A stretch of 64,000 nt of DNA. Origin: Octopus sinensis. Taxonomy: Eukaryota. This document shows positions 38,010 to 52,818 of this stretch, piece by piece; the stretch's first letter is position 1, and each line of letters opens with the position of its first letter. The stretch covers positions 9,238,001 to 9,302,000 of the forward strand of contig NC_043013.1 in the NCBI RefSeq assembly GCF_006345805.1, written 5' to 3'. The translations under genes were made by a program, and so were the position numbers. A model generated the notes under the pieces. That model searched no databases and was not told the origin of the DNA. It worked only from the letters and a program-made list of their open reading frames with translations.

Positions 38010-39489
38010 GTGGTAGTAGTAGTAGTAGTAGAACAAATTGTCGTATAGGATTTCAGACATTTTTAGGAATCAAATATTAAAATAAAAAAATTGGTTTTTA
38101 ATTGTGGAATTTGAAATAGACAAAGCTGTTTATAACAAGCATATCAATATTGTGTTAAAACATTCTTTGGATAGGAAAAAAAAAAACCAAAATTACTGAG
38201 GTTGTCTCTGGGACAACTATCTACATTAAGGGTGTTTTAACTCAATATTTACATGCTATTATTTATAGTTTTAGAGGGCAGTGAGCCAGCAGAATCATTA
38301 GGATGCTGGGCAATAATGCCTAGTGACTTTTCGTCTGTCTTCACGTTCTGAGTTCAAATTCCACCAAGAACAACTTTGCCTTTCATCCTTTTGAGGTCAA
38401 TAAAATAACTATCAGTTGATCACCGGGGGTCAATGTAAGCTACTTATCCCCTGCCTTGAACTTGCTGGTCTTGTGCCAAAATTTAAAATCATTATTTATA
38501 GTTTTAGCTACTTCAAATTTTGCCATTAAAAAGACAAGTTATTTCATGTCTCTTGAAATTTCTAAATTCTTATGACATTAAAAGAATATTAATTCAGATA
38601 TAACATTAAAAAGACAATAAAATGAACATCTGTAATGTTACTTAGATTTTCCAACAAGCATTTAGTCAAGAATGTGCTTGAGTGTGTATATTTGATAAAT
38701 TTATATTTCCTATTCTCGAAACCCTGTCTGAATTGTAATTCCCTTTCTATTAAATTCTAGTCAATTGACTTTCTTCCAATTCAAATGATTGTTTTTTTTT
38801 TAAATATCTATTGCTACTTTTATGGATTTTTCTATTTACAAATGATATAATTAGAGTGTAAAACATTGAAACATTTTTACAGATTTTCAAAGAGATTATA
38901 TTGTTTAAACATTAAACGTTAACATTCAACATTTTGCTTTTGTTATTTCATAATCTATAAGAAACCGGAGTCTTTTACTTAAGCAACTTCTGTACAACTA
39001 AATCAGTGAATTTTTTTGAATTTTTTGGATTAAAAAATACTTTTTTTGCAATGGCAATTTTTAGTCTGATGTTCAGATTTAATATCTGTAATGACAGATA
39101 TTTTATTTTTCAGTTCATATGATACTGTGTATTACTTGTTACTTATTCCTAGTATTTCAATACATACGTATGCACATGCATACACATATGTGCACAAACA
39201 CACACATATATTAGTATGAGTGTGTGTGTGTATGTGTACATTTAAAAAAATATATATATATTTCTTTATTTTATATTTATTTTAAAATAGAAAATAAAGA
39301 ACAGACAACTCTTAGATACAATCAGACAGATGTGTGAATTCACTTGGTCATGGATTTAATATATATATATAATATATATATATATATACATACATATATA
39401 TATACATATATATATACACATATATATATACACATATATATATACACATATATATATACATATATATATACACACATATATATATACAC

Positions 39490-39545
<56 letters not shown>

Positions 39546-42500
39546 AATTTTCTTTTTCATTTTGAAACAATAATGCTTTTTTTTTTAAATATCAATTTAA
39601 GTATCTATATCTTTTTTCATTTTTTTTTTTAAACTCTGTAAAACTATTTAATTTTTGTGTAATGCTACAAATTAAATTAAAATAATATGATAATTGAAAT
39701 TCTTCTGGAAGCACATTGTTCTAGAAAGAGAGGTTGCATAAATTTGGTTATTTGAAATTGATATAATTTTTTCTTTTCTGCTTCTCGTTATGAAATTTGT
39801 TTTTTGCTGTTTTTGTTTTTTTTGTTTAATATTAATTATTAATTGATATTGACTTTTACTTTCCTCTTTTCATTTTTCTATGGCTTACCTTTATTAATTT
39901 TATTGAAATAAATATAATTCCTCTAATAAGCAAATAAATTTTCATTTATATTTCTTTTATTCTTTTACTTGTTTCAGTCTTTGAACTGTGTCCAAGCTGG
40001 GCATAGCCACTGCTTTAAACTTCAGTCGAGCTTATCGACTCTGGTACTTTAAATGCCTAAGGTACTTAGAGATACTTAACCCTTTAACATTCTGATTATT
40101 CTATCAAATATAATGCTTATTTAATCACAATGTTTTGAATAAATCATACAATATTATACAATTAATCATACACAATTAATCATACAATATAGGTGTAGGA
40201 GGGTCTGTGTGGTAAGTAGCTTGCTTACCAACTACGTGGTAGTAGTGTGGTAAGTAACTTGCTTACCAACAAACTCATACATATATATATATAATAATAA
40301 TAATATTAGGGAATAAATCCAAACTTACAGGGAAAAATTAGATTTAGGATTAAATCCAATTTTATAGTATAAATATATTATATTATATTATATTAAATTA
40401 GAGATAAAACCACTATTAGGTAAATCAAACAGTGAAAAACATAAGCCAATACATAAAATTAATTTTAAAATATAAAAGTTAAAAATAAAAAATTATTTAA
40501 ATAATTTAAACTTTTAAATTTTATATATATATATATAATAACAAAGGGTAAAATTAACTAATTAAGAAGTAATCAGTAATTTCACCAAGTAGAATTCGGC
40601 ATGAAAAATACCATTTCATGGTAAACTTAAGTAATACTTTATAATTAGAGTTCAGCAAAGATTTGCTTCGCCACATACCAAAGTTTAGAAATAGCAGTCA
40701 AAAAATCTTAGCTATTCCTTCTACTTTAAAAGGGGCTCCCAGAAATACCAAAGTACTTGAAAACAATCCACGCCGGCAAAAGGGAAAAATAACGAAAATC
40801 AATTGATATTAGGTTACCCACGTACGCATGTTTCGGAATTAGATCGGTATAAAGAATAAATAATTATACTTTACCCGACCATTTTCGGCTCATCAGCATG
40901 ATGATATATATGTATGATGGTGCCACGTAAAAAGCACCCAGTACACTCTGTAAAGTGACTGGCATTATGAAATGCATCCAGCTGTAGAAATGAAGCCAAA
41001 ACTATGGAATCTAGTGTGGCCCCTCTCAAACCATCCAACCCATGCCAACATGGAAAACGGGCATTATTAATGATCATGATGATGATAGGTAGATTGGTAG
41101 GTAGATAGATAGATAGAAAGGTATATATATATATATATATAGATAGATAGATAGGTCAATAGAAACATACATACATACATACATAGACAGACAGATAGAT
41201 TGGTAGATATATATATATATATATATAGATAGGTAGATAGAAACATACATACACACATACATACATACATAAATAGACAGACAGATAGATTGGTAGATAT
41301 ATACAGCAGTTTTCCATATAGTTACTGTCTACCAAATTCACTCACAAGACATTGGTTGATCTGGAGTTATACTACAAGATTCTCGCCCAAGGTGCTACAC
41401 AATGGGACTGAACCTGAAACCACATGATTGCCAACTTCTTGACCATGCACCCATGCTTGTGGTAAGATGAAAGAAATCCCTAATATTTATCACTGAGATA
41501 CTAAAAGTACTCAGATGAATTTCACATCAGTTACATTATTTAGCTGACTTGATTTTGTAGGAAGGACTTGAAAAATTGTCGCAATTTATAGAACAATGAG
41601 AAAGCTAAGGCAGATGAATGGACAATTAGACAAGGATATGTTTTATTCGACAGCTTTCTGGAGTAAACTAATAATCCTTTCTACTATAGGTACAAGGCCT
41701 GAAATTTGGGGTATAGTCAATAACATCAACCCCAGTATTTCACAGGTACTTAATTTAACAACCCTGAAAGGACAAAAGGCAAAGTCTACCTCGGCAGAAT
41801 TTGAAGTCAGAACATAGCCACAGATGAAATATCGCTAAGCATTTCACCCAGCATGCTAACAATTCTGCCAGCTTGCTGCCTGGAATAAACTAATAATGGT
41901 TTCAGATTTTAGCATAAGGCCAGTACTTTTAAGGGAGAGGTGGGGGTAAATCAATTATGTACCTCATCCGCAGTACTTAACTGGTACTTATTCTATCAAA
42001 CCTGTAGGATGAAAAATAAAGTTGGCCTCTGTGACATTTGAACTCATGACGTAAAGTTAGAAAAAATGCTGCTTAGAGTTTTGTTTAACATGCTAATGAT
42101 TCTTATTTCTTTATTGCCCACAAGGGGACAAACAAGGACAGACAAAGGGATTAAGTCAATTACATCGACCCCAGTGCGTAACTGGTACTTATTTAATCGG
42201 CTCCGAAAGGATGAAAGGCAAAGTCAACCTCAGCGGAATTTGAACTCAGAATGTAATGGCAGACGAAATACTTATTTCTTTACTACCCACAAGGGGCTAA
42301 ACACAGAGGGGACAGACAAAGGGATTAAGTCGATTACATTGACCACAGTACATAACTGGTACTTAAATTTATCGACCCCGAAAGGATGAAAGGCAAAGTC
42401 GACCTCGGCGGAATTTGAACTCAGAATGTAACAGCAGACGAAATACCGCTAAGCACTTTGCCTGGTGTGCTGACGATTCTGCCAGCTCGCTGCCTTACAG

Positions 42501-43471
42501 TAAACTAATTAATTGTGTCTCATTTTGTGGGTCATTAAGTGAATGGAAATAACTACCACTCCACTGGTTATGATGACAAGGGTTCCAGTTGGTCCAATCA
42601 GTGGAACAGGTTGCTCATGAAATTAATGTGCATGTGGCTGCATGCTCCATAGACACATACCTTTAACGTTCTCAGGGAGATTCAGTGTGTAACAATGTAA
42701 CAAGGCTTGTCCTTTGAGATAAAGGCACTATTCATTTTTGCTGGCTGAGTGGACTGGAGCAATGTGAAATGAAGTGTTTTGCTTGAGGGTAGGCAAAATG
42801 CTTAGCAGCATTTCTTGTGTCTTTATGTTCTGAGTTCAAATCCTGCCAAGGTTGACTTTGCTTCTCATCCTTTTGGGGTTGATAAAATAAGAACCAGTTG
42901 AGTACCATCCACCTAAATTGCAATTTTTTTTTATGTCTTGCAAGCACTTGGTGACCTTGCCAGCACAGGTGCCACTTAAAAGCACCCAGTCCACATTGTA
43001 GAGTGTGTTTGGAAGGGCATCCAGCTGTAAAAACCTTGCCAAACCTGACCTTGCCTGTACCTGTGCCTGTGCCATGTAAAAAGCACTAAGTCCACTCTGC
43101 TGAGTGGTTGGTGTTAGGAAGAACAGACATCCAGCTGTAAAAATCCAGGAGTCTGGTGCAAGCTTTGGCCTGGCCAGCTCTTGTGAAACTGTCCCACCCA
43201 TGCTAGCATGGAAGATGAACGTTAAACGATGATGAGGAGAAGGAAGAGGAGGAGGATGATGAAGTAGACTGAGAAAGTATCTAAATATCAAAAGCTGAAA
43301 TAATGTAAACAAGATTTTCCGCTTAAAGACAATCATCTCTAAAATAAGGACAAGTTTGCAAATTTGTTGGGAAGAATACAATCAATTACATCAATGTTCA
43401 GTTGTATTTAATTCTATCAACCTTTGAAAAGATGAAAGGGAGCATTAGAACTCAGAATGTAAAAGGATGTG

Positions 43472-45530
43472 CTGTATTTTAACATGCATAGGAAACCCCT
43501 CAACTTTTAGGGCTTAAAATTTGTAAAAGGTTTTGTAAGGGATTATAATACTATCCATGTATTAGCCAAAGATAAGCCCCTGTACCTGGCTTTTGTTGAC
43601 ATGGAGAAAGCCTTCGACAGGGTCCCCCGATCCCTTATCTGGTGGGCAATGAGGAAACTAGGGATAGATGAATGGTTAGTGAGAGCTGTGCGGGCCATGT
43701 ATAGGGACGCTGCTAGTAGGGTGAGGGTTGGAAACGAGTACAGTGAAGAATTCCGGGTAGAGGTAGGGGTCCACCAAGGCTCAGTACTCAGCCCCCTCCT
43801 ATTTATCATAGTCCTCCAGGCAATAACGGAGGAATTCAAGTCAGGATGCCCTTGGGAGCTCCTCTATGCTGATGACCTTGCTCTAATTGCTGAGTCGCTA
43901 TCAGAACTGGAGGAGAAGTTTCAGGTGTGGAAACAAGGATTAGAATCGAAGGGCCTCAGAGTCAATCTAGCTAAAACCAAAGTCGTAATCAGTAGGAAGG
44001 TAGACAAATCACAAACGCCTTCAGGTAGATGGCCCTGCTCGATCTGTAGAAAAGGTGTAGGTAGAAACTCTATAAGATGCACCAAGTGTAAGCTATGGAC
44101 ACATAAGAGGTGCAGCAATGTCAAAGGAAGGCTAACTAGGAAGATGGTTTTTGTATGTGGCAGATGCTCAGGAACAATAAACACTGAAAATGCTCTGAGA
44201 CCAACTTCCGTCACTTTCCAGGGAGAAAAACTAGAAATAGTTGATAGCTTCCGTTACCTAGGTGACCAAGTCAGCAGCGGGGGCGGGTGTGCTGAAAGTG
44301 TAACTGCTAGAGTAAGAATAGCTTGGGCAAAGTTCAGAGAGCTCTTACCCCTGCTGGTGACAAAAGGCCTCTCGCACAGAGTGAAAGGCAGACTGTATGA
44401 TGCGTGTGTACGAACAGCCATGCTACATGGCAGTGAAACATGGGCCGTGACTACTGAGGATATGCGTAAGCTCGCAAGAAATGAAGCCAGTATGCTCCGA
44501 TGGATGTGTAATGTCAGTGTTCATAATCGACAGAGTGTAAGTACCTTGAGAGAAAAGCTGGACCTAAGAAGCATCAGTTGTGGTGTGCAAGAGAGACGAT
44601 TGTGCTGGTATGGTCATGTGGCGAGAATGGATGAAGATAGTTCTGTGAAAAAGTGCCACACTCTTGCGGTTGAGGGAACCTGTGGAAGAGGCAGACCCAG
44701 GAAAACCTGGGACGAGGTGGTGAAGCACGACCTTCGAACTTTAGGTCTCACTGAGGAAATGACTAGAGACCGAGTCCTCTGGAAGTGTGCTGTGCGCGAG
44801 AAGACCCGGCAGGACAAGTGAGTCCATAACCCGTGGCCTTCTACTTGGGATGGAGCCAGCCTACGTATGCATACCTTCCCTTCTTGGGACACAAAACTCT
44901 ACTTGTGAAGACCTGTTGAGGCAAGTGAGGATCAACTCTACTTGTGAAGACCTGTTGAGGCAAGTGAGGATCAGAATCGAAATCGATCAATGGAATTGCA
45001 GATGTGTTACCAGTGCTGGTGGCATGTCGAAACTCTACTTGTGAAGACCCGTTGAGGCAAGTGAGGATCAGAATGGAAATCGATCAATGGAAATTGCAGA
45101 TGTGTTACCAGTGCCGGTGGCATGTAAGAGAACCTTCCGTTTCGTGACCGTTGCCAGCACCGCCCCGTTTCGTGTCCGTTGCCAGCCTCGCCTGGCCCTT
45201 GTGCCGGTGGCACATAAAAAGCACCATCCGTTCGTGGCCGTTTGCCAGCTCTGTCTGGCACCTGTGCGGGTGGCACGTAAAAAGCACCCACTACACTCAC
45301 GGAGTGGTTGGCGTTAGGAAGGGCATCCAGCCGTAGAAACACTGCCAGATTTGACTGGGCCTGATGAAGCCTTCTGGCTTCACAGACTCCAGTAGAACCG
45401 TCCAACCCATGCTAGCATGGAAAACGGACGCTAAACGATGATGATGATGATGATGATGTATAAGAAACTCCCATATTTTTTAAACCTAACTTTTGACAAA
45501 AAAGGGTTCCTTATACACGTTAAAATATGA
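43472..45530. mobile_element. pogo/Tc2-like MITE split by the RTE insertion
   Basis: Left end ctgtattttaacatgcataggaaaccc (43472-43498) matches the reverse complement of gggttccttatacacgttaaaatatga (45504-45530), followed by TA. Confidence 0.6.
43562..45455 (+). mobile_element. Young 5'-truncated RTE-clade LINE: RT C-terminal ORF, 3' UTR, (GAT)n tail
   Basis: Uninterrupted frame from 43562 (LAKDKPLYLAFVD-MEKAFDRV...HQGSVLSPLLF...YADD at 43865-43876) to the stop at 44821. ATGTA is duplicated at 43557-43561 and 45456-45460. Confidence 0.95.
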
Positions 45531-46110
45531 TAATTAAATGCTGCAAAGCATTTTGATGGCTCTCAGCCAGGTGGGGGTTTTTTCCAGGTGAAAGAAATGT
45601 TAAGTGTTGTAAGGATAGACATTGGAAGATTTATGATGAAGTTAATCCAATGTGAGAACAATGAGAATCAAAGACAACATTTGAAATATCTTTGAAAAGA
45701 TGCATTACAGATCCATCCATTTTGTTTGAGCAGGGAAGGTGTATGAAGAACTAATAAAGTCAGATGTTAGAATACCAGGCTTTGTAGATGAGATTGCGAA
45801 GGACTGATATGTTATGTCAGTGGGAAAAATTAGATGTTAAAATAATCCTTTCTCCTATAAACACAAGGCTTGAAATTTATAGGGAGTGGGTGCAGTCGAT
45901 TAGATTGACTCCAGTACACAACTAGTACTTAATTTATTGACCCTGAAAGGATGAAAGGCAAAGTTGATCTTGGCAGAATTTGAACTCAGAATGGAGCAAT
46001 GCAAACGATTCTGCCAGCTTGCTGCCTTCAGATGTTAAAATAATGATGACAACGGTGATTCCAGAGATGACAACAATGGCAATGCTTCTGCCACTGATGA
46101 TGATGATGAC

Positions 46111-46171
<61 letters not shown>

Positions 46172-46781
46172 CTGATGTTACTACTGCTGCTGATGATGAC
46201 AACAACAACAACAACAGCGATGATGAGGATGAGGATGGTAATGATGATGATGGTGATGATCATGAATATGGATGTAACTGAGGTACAGAATTCTCTTGGA
46301 GATGCACGCCTCCTCTGATTTTGCTCATTGTATCTCAGTTAAGTCCCACTGTTTTTTTCTGAATTAATCTAGTCTTGTTGCCATCAACTATTTTCTTATA
46401 ACACTTTGTTGTTGTCATGGCAGCTCAATTGAATAGTTATGAGTTTGCCTTCAATTATGGATGATGAGTTGTACTCTTTGTAGAGTTATTTACTTGGCAG
46501 CAAACACAAGAGAATAGAACAAGATTTTACTAGAGAACCAAAGACAAATGAAAATTGATGAGTAGTTTTTGTGGTTTTAATGGCTGATAATGGACTATAT
46601 GCAAGTCTCACTTTAGCCATTCAAAAACATACAGAAACTGTTAAATTCATTTAATTACTTATTAATTACTTGGTCACTGTTACAATTCTTATGTGAAGTT
46701 AAAAATTTGTTTTTGTTTGGCCAAAATGAATTTCTACACTAATTGCTTTAGTTTCAATACAGTCTGAGTTGAAATCACTTG

Positions 46782-47182
46782 TCAGACAAGTTGTGCTCTA
46801 AAGTGATGGACTATACTTTGAACACTTTTTTTGAGCTACATGTGTCTAACACATGTGGGCATGCCTACAAAGTCAGAAAACAGCACAGCTCCCATGACTT
46901 TCAGAAACATTCCTTCACAGTTAGAGTTGCTGAAGCATGGAACAAACTGCCTGCATCAGTTGTTAGCTGCCAAGACATTGCATCCTTTAAAATCTCCATA
47001 CTTCCTGAAATTCGCCAACACTACACCTGATATCCTCCCCCTCCATACGTATGCATACATGTCTATCATGACTCATACACTGTCCACTTTCCTGACTTTT
47101 GTACATAAATTCTATGTACTATACATGCATCTTTGATGAGTTGTAGTGCACCTGAGCACTATACACAATAATTTCATTATTA
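46782..47182 (+). mobile_element. CR1 3' fragment
   Basis: FFELHVSNTCGHAYKVRKQHSSHDFQKHSFTVRVAEAWNKLP, plus 3' UTR and tail. Confidence 0.85.
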
Positions 47183-48243
47183 TATATTCTTTGTTGTATC
47201 TTGGGAGGGTCATAATGCCAGTTAAAAACATGCACACTGGTTTTATTTCACTTCTTTATTTTTATTTGTAGAAACCATGCCAAATCAGACTGGAGGCTGG
47301 TGCAGTCTTCCAGCTTACCAGTTCTGGTCAAACCATCCAACCCGTGCCAACATGGACAATAGGTGCTAAATGTAAAAAGCACTCACTACACATTTAGAGT
47401 GGTTGGCATTTGGAAGGGCATCCAGCTGTAGAAACCATGCCAAATAAGATAGGAACCTGGGCCAGCTCCCCAGCTTAACAGTTTTCAGTCGAACCATCCA
47501 ACCCATGCCAGCATAGAAAATGGATGTTAAATGATGATGATGATGAATATCTCTTGCTGTGATATTTACAAATAATAAGTTTCTAAGTTACTATATAATT
47601 GTGAAATCTAATGTAATAAAATAAAGCACCCACTTCGTGGTGAATGCTTATATGTAATAAGTTTGATATAGGACTGAGTGTTTCCATATCAGCCATCAAA
47701 AAAAGGATTTATTTCATCAAGGACAAATGGCATCGAAATAATTGAATGCGCTGATAGAGGCTGAGTGCTGAGTTTGGATCTGCCAGCGTCGCCTTGAGTG
47801 GCTTCTGTACTGGTGGCACGTGAAAAGCACCAACCGATCATGGTTGTTGCCAGCCTCCCTTGGCACCTGTGCCGATGGCATGTAAAAAGCACCCACTACA
47901 CTCACGGAGTGGTTGGCGTTAGGAAGAGCATCCAGCTGTAGAAACACTGCCGGATCAAACTGGAGCCTGGTGCAGGCTTCTGGCTTCCCAGACCCTGGTC
48001 GAACCATCCAACCCATGCTAGCAAGGAAAACGGACATTAAATGATGATGATGATGATGATGATTTCCATGCCTTCAAGAGGAGTTCAATCAAAATTTGAA
48101 ACTGAAGAAATGTATTGATTTCTACCCTGCAGCACCTATTTATATTTGGTGATGGTATATAGTTAGGGTGTTAAGCTCATGACCATAAGGTGTTAGGTTC
48201 GATTAGGTTTAATTCCTGAACAGGATGGCATGTGGTACTTTAA

Positions 48244-48463
48244 CCCTTTAGCATTTAAACTAGCCATATCTGACCCAAATATTCTACCAGTTTTATGTCC
48301 AAACCTGACAGATCCAGCCTCTCACACCTACCTTACAATGTCATTCTAAAAACAAGCAATCACATCATCAAAGTTTCAAAGCTATGAGATAATGCATGAT
48401 TGATGCAAAACAATGTGAGCAAATAAGCATTACATTTGACTGAGTAATCGGAATGCAAAACGG
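48244..48463. mobile_element. piggyBac-type MITE (uninterrupted)
   Basis: TTAA|CCCTTTAGCAT...ATGCAAAACGG|TTAA. Confidence 0.8.
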
Positions 48464-51400
48464 TTAAACATGTGAATTTCATTTCAGATTGCACATGTCT
48501 AATCAACAGAAACGAGTTCGAAAAGTAGCAGTTAATCTTGTGGCAGACCGGTGTCTTATTCAGGAGTGTGTCTTATACACTTGCCCCCATATGTACTATG
48601 GTAATTGGAATAAGTTCTAGCCTAATGATCTTGTAGGTAGAAGAGAGATTTTAACGTAACTGATCTATTTGAGAGTCAATCAACTGGGCGCCATATGCAA
48701 TGCAGGGGCAGCATAAAAAAAAACATAATTAAAACTGCTAATATTATTGGTGGCACTCCGTTGGTTATGGCAATGAGTGTTCCAGTTGATCCGATCAACG
48801 GAACAGCCTGCTCGTGAAATTAACGTGCAAATAGCTGAGCACTTCGAAGAGAGTCAGCGTGACACAGAGTGTGACAAGGCTGACCCTTTGAAACACAGGT
48901 ACAACAGAAACAGGAAGAGAGAGTGAGAGAAAGTTGTGATGAAAGAGTACAGCAGGGTACACCACCACCCCAGCTTCTGGTCTATTGATATACTATCTCC
49001 TCACTTTACTCCAGTGGGGTCTATCCCTCGGAGCTGACTATCTCGTGCTATTTCCACCTATTCTCGCCCACACCCCCAGATCCTACACCAACCACTTTTC
49101 AAGAAGGTTAATCCTTCAGAATCTCTATTGTCCATGTTTGTTTGTTTTTAAATTTGTCTTTCCTACAGCGGCCAAGAACAAAACATCAGCCACGCCGTTA
49201 TCACCGATCATGGAGAGCCTGTTGATGCAACGTACAGTCCCGTATTCCAAATCAAACAATAACAAAATTAGAGCAGCCTTATTAAATGTGTCCCCCTACT
49301 TTTTTGCGAAGACGATCTGACTGCTTTTTCTAGCTGGTTAAATGACCAGATAATAGGGACATCCTTGGCTCGTGAAAACGCAATTTTCCAATTTTAGATT
49401 ATCTTAGAATTACCTCCCTTGAATAACTTTCATTTGCGGCACATTTTCCTTAGAATTGCGATAACTTGAAAACAGTATAAGCTACAGAAATCTAGGAACT
49501 TAGTTAAAAGTGAGAAATATTATCCCTTCACATAAATAGAAAACATACTAAAATATTTATCATTAAAATAATGAAAATCTTTTTCTCGTTCCCTTTTCTG
49601 TATTCTCAGAGATAACGAATAGCTAAAGGGAGATTACTTTTCTTATATACCCAGAAATATTGTATGGGGACATTTTATAGAATAGAAAAAAAAAAACCCT
49701 TTTGAACGGTAAGTAACCCAAAAGGCAAGACCTGTTAGCTTAAGCATTTATTATAAATTTAGAATGCTTGTTTATTTATCACTTTTCATTGTCACCACAC
49801 ATACTTGAACTAAACCCAATGCTTTCCAATGGAAATAACACTGACGGCAGAAAAGCTTAATTCGGGGTTAACAATAATAGCAATACCAGAGAAGATACAT
49901 GTTTAAGTTCTAATTAACAATTAGAGGCTGATTTTAGGTTCGTTTTTCAATATTTGTAACATGAAAAGTGTAAGGTTATTGCAGAATGGCATCACTTTCC
50001 GATGTTTGTGACCAAGTTTTCTAATAGTAAAAGAAATCATAGATATTTGCTTGTTGCACGAGACAAGATTTGGGAATAAAAAATAAATCCTCAAAGTTTT
50101 TTCTTTTTCTTTTTCCCCATTTAGTTCTTTTCATTGTAATATGAAGTAAATTACCTTTTGAAACATTACATTTTCATAACAAATAATTAACATCGGCTAA
50201 ATTATATATATATAAAAGACTAATAGGATAATTTATTGGCTAAACTGGCAAAATGACCATTCAGAAATACAACAATATATATATATATATCATTATCATC
50301 ATTTAACAGCTGATTTTCATGCTGGCATGGGTTGGACAAACTTTGATGAATATAATATACCAAAGTTATGATGTATTTAGCATTGTATAAAATTACAAGG
50401 CACAGGCATGGCTGTATGGTTAAGAAGATTGCTTTGCAACAATGTGGTTTCAATCCCACTGTGCATTACCTTGGACAAGTGTTTTCTGCAATAGCTCTAG
50501 GCTTTGTGAGTGAACTTGATAGATGGAAACTGCGTGGAAGTCCATTATATGTATATGTGTGTGTGGCTGTGGGTGCTTGTGTGTGAGTGTGTTTGTGTTT
50601 GTCTCCCCCACATCACTGTCTAAAAACCAGTGCAGGTTTGTTTATGTGGGGTTGATTTATCTGCCTAAACACTTCAAAGTGCCTCAGTACTATTGTAGTG
50701 CAAAAACTGAAACAGGTAAACTAAATTCCCCAATTTCATATACTCTAATTATCTGAAATTGAAACTGATTTTGATAAAACTGAGATTAGGTTTTGGTCAT
50801 TGTTACTACTGGTGACCATCTCCATATCTTTGAAAGTTTATAATAAGACATTGATTAAACCAAATCCAGCACATTGCAGGTATCCATTTTATCAGAATCA
50901 AAGATTTTAACTAAGTAAATGAATTCTGGAAAGGTTAAATCTAAAAGCAGTATGCTTTTAGATTTACATAATGCAATATTATTGGCACCAGTATCTGACC
51001 AATGAATATTCAGTCTTTTGTTTCCTTATAGTGGTAAAAGTTTTTTTATTTACTCATAAATAAATTTTTAAAACATTGAGACTTAATTGAGATTTAACTA
51101 GAGAACAAATTTTACAACTAAGTGTCATTTCTGCTGCTAATAGCAAAGTAAGAAAGGTACCTCAAGTCAATAAAGTCAGGCCAGACCAGAGGGTGTTTCT
51201 GATGGGTCAGTTGGGATGGGCCAACGATTTTGAGGGAGGCCTACATCACCTGCTGAGAGCCAGGTATGGTTTTGGTATTGTTCAAGTTCTTTTGTTCTGT
51301 TTTGTTACTTGTAAGTATATAATGTCCACTATGGGTAACATATAATCCTTACATAAGTTACATATATATTTAATACTAATTACTTCAATATTAAATGAAC

Positions 51401-52818
51401 AATTAGAAATGAGGGGTAGTAATATTTTCCTATTGGACCTTGGCACAGGCCTGAACAAGTTATATTGTTGGAGAAAGGGTAATAAATCTTTCCTAATATC
51501 TTACTTATTTGTACTTGCGGCGACATTCACCCTGGGTGGGTTAAGTCGGCTTCTTCTAGCACCCTGGAAGAAGTTTTGTGGGAGCATGTGGATTTCACAA
51601 GTGGTCCCCAACAATCCTGCATGTAGAGACATCCTGTTTGCTGCAGATTGTCCGCAGATGCAGGGACAGAATGACCAAGGAGCAGCCAGTTGCCAAAACA
51701 GACACTCCGAGGATTTTCACCGGGTTGTGGCCGTAATACCACTTGGTGTCAGACCAATCCACCTTGGGTGGCCCTACCAGGAACCGAAGTTCCCGATGGC
51801 ATAGCTCGGACACTTTCCTAACATCACAGTACAATAGCTGAATTAGTGTATTCATTGGCAACATTGTTGATATGAGGCCCTTAGTAGTTATGAATGATAT
51901 TCATCAGATTGTAAGTGCTTATGCATGATAAGTTCAACACAAAATGAACCGTTGCATGTCAGTCATTTCACATGACATGTAATAAGAAAACAAGAGTCTA
52001 CACTCAATAGAATGATAGTCTGAAATGACTAAGGATAATTTGATGTGGTGTTTAGTACCGAGAGCACTATACTGGCAGTGGAGGACAAAGCTCTGGCCAT
52101 GAACTGGAGGGTCAACCTGAGGAATGAGCAAGTGTCTCTGCTGTACTAGGAGAAGTTGAACTACTGAAACCTTTTGAAACACCTAAGTTTTAGAGTGGTG
52201 AGCTGTTTCTGATGTGATCCCTACTTACAGATGCATAAATAGGGTACTTCAGCCTTTTAGTTCAACAGACATAATAAAATGTTTCTGGAAAGATATGAAG
52301 TGCTCATATCCTCCTTGGCTGGTACTTTCTAGACTCAAGTTACCTGTATGGACTTTTTAAACACCCTCCTAATTAGAATTAGCAGCAATACATTACATAA
52401 TAATGTAAATACTAGAGATTCCATTGTAGAATTACCAGATATTCTAATAGAAATTAAGAAATGAACTGTAGCAAAATGAAATGTATTTGTACAAGCTGTT
52501 TCATTAACCTGATCTCACTAACTGCATTTAAAATAATAATAAATCTTTCTAATTTAAGGCCAGTGATTTTAGTAGGAGGAGGTTAGTCAATTACATACAC
52601 CCTAGTGTTCAACTGGTACTTATTTTATTGACCTTAAAAGGATGAAAGGCAAAGTCAGCCTCAGTGGAATTTGAATACAGAAAGTGAAGGCCAGAAAAAA
52701 AAAATGACACTAAGCAGTTTGTCTGACATGCAAACGATTCTGCCATATTGCTACCTTATTTACAGAGATGTACTTGCATAGCAAGTGACCTGATCTGAGA
52801 TCGTGTGCTGGAACGAAA

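Noticed and set aside
40868-40895. Minus-strand CTGATGAGCCGAAA hammerhead-like core
   Set aside because: No room for helix II and no consistent helix I or III pairing; it lies at a junction of two repeats.
48488-48600. Open 113-nt exon-like segment (LHMSNQQKRVRKVAVNL...)
   Set aside because: Its 3' half (gtcttattcaggagtgtgtcttatac...atggta) resembles pogo-type MITE ends seen elsewhere, and no partner exon was found.
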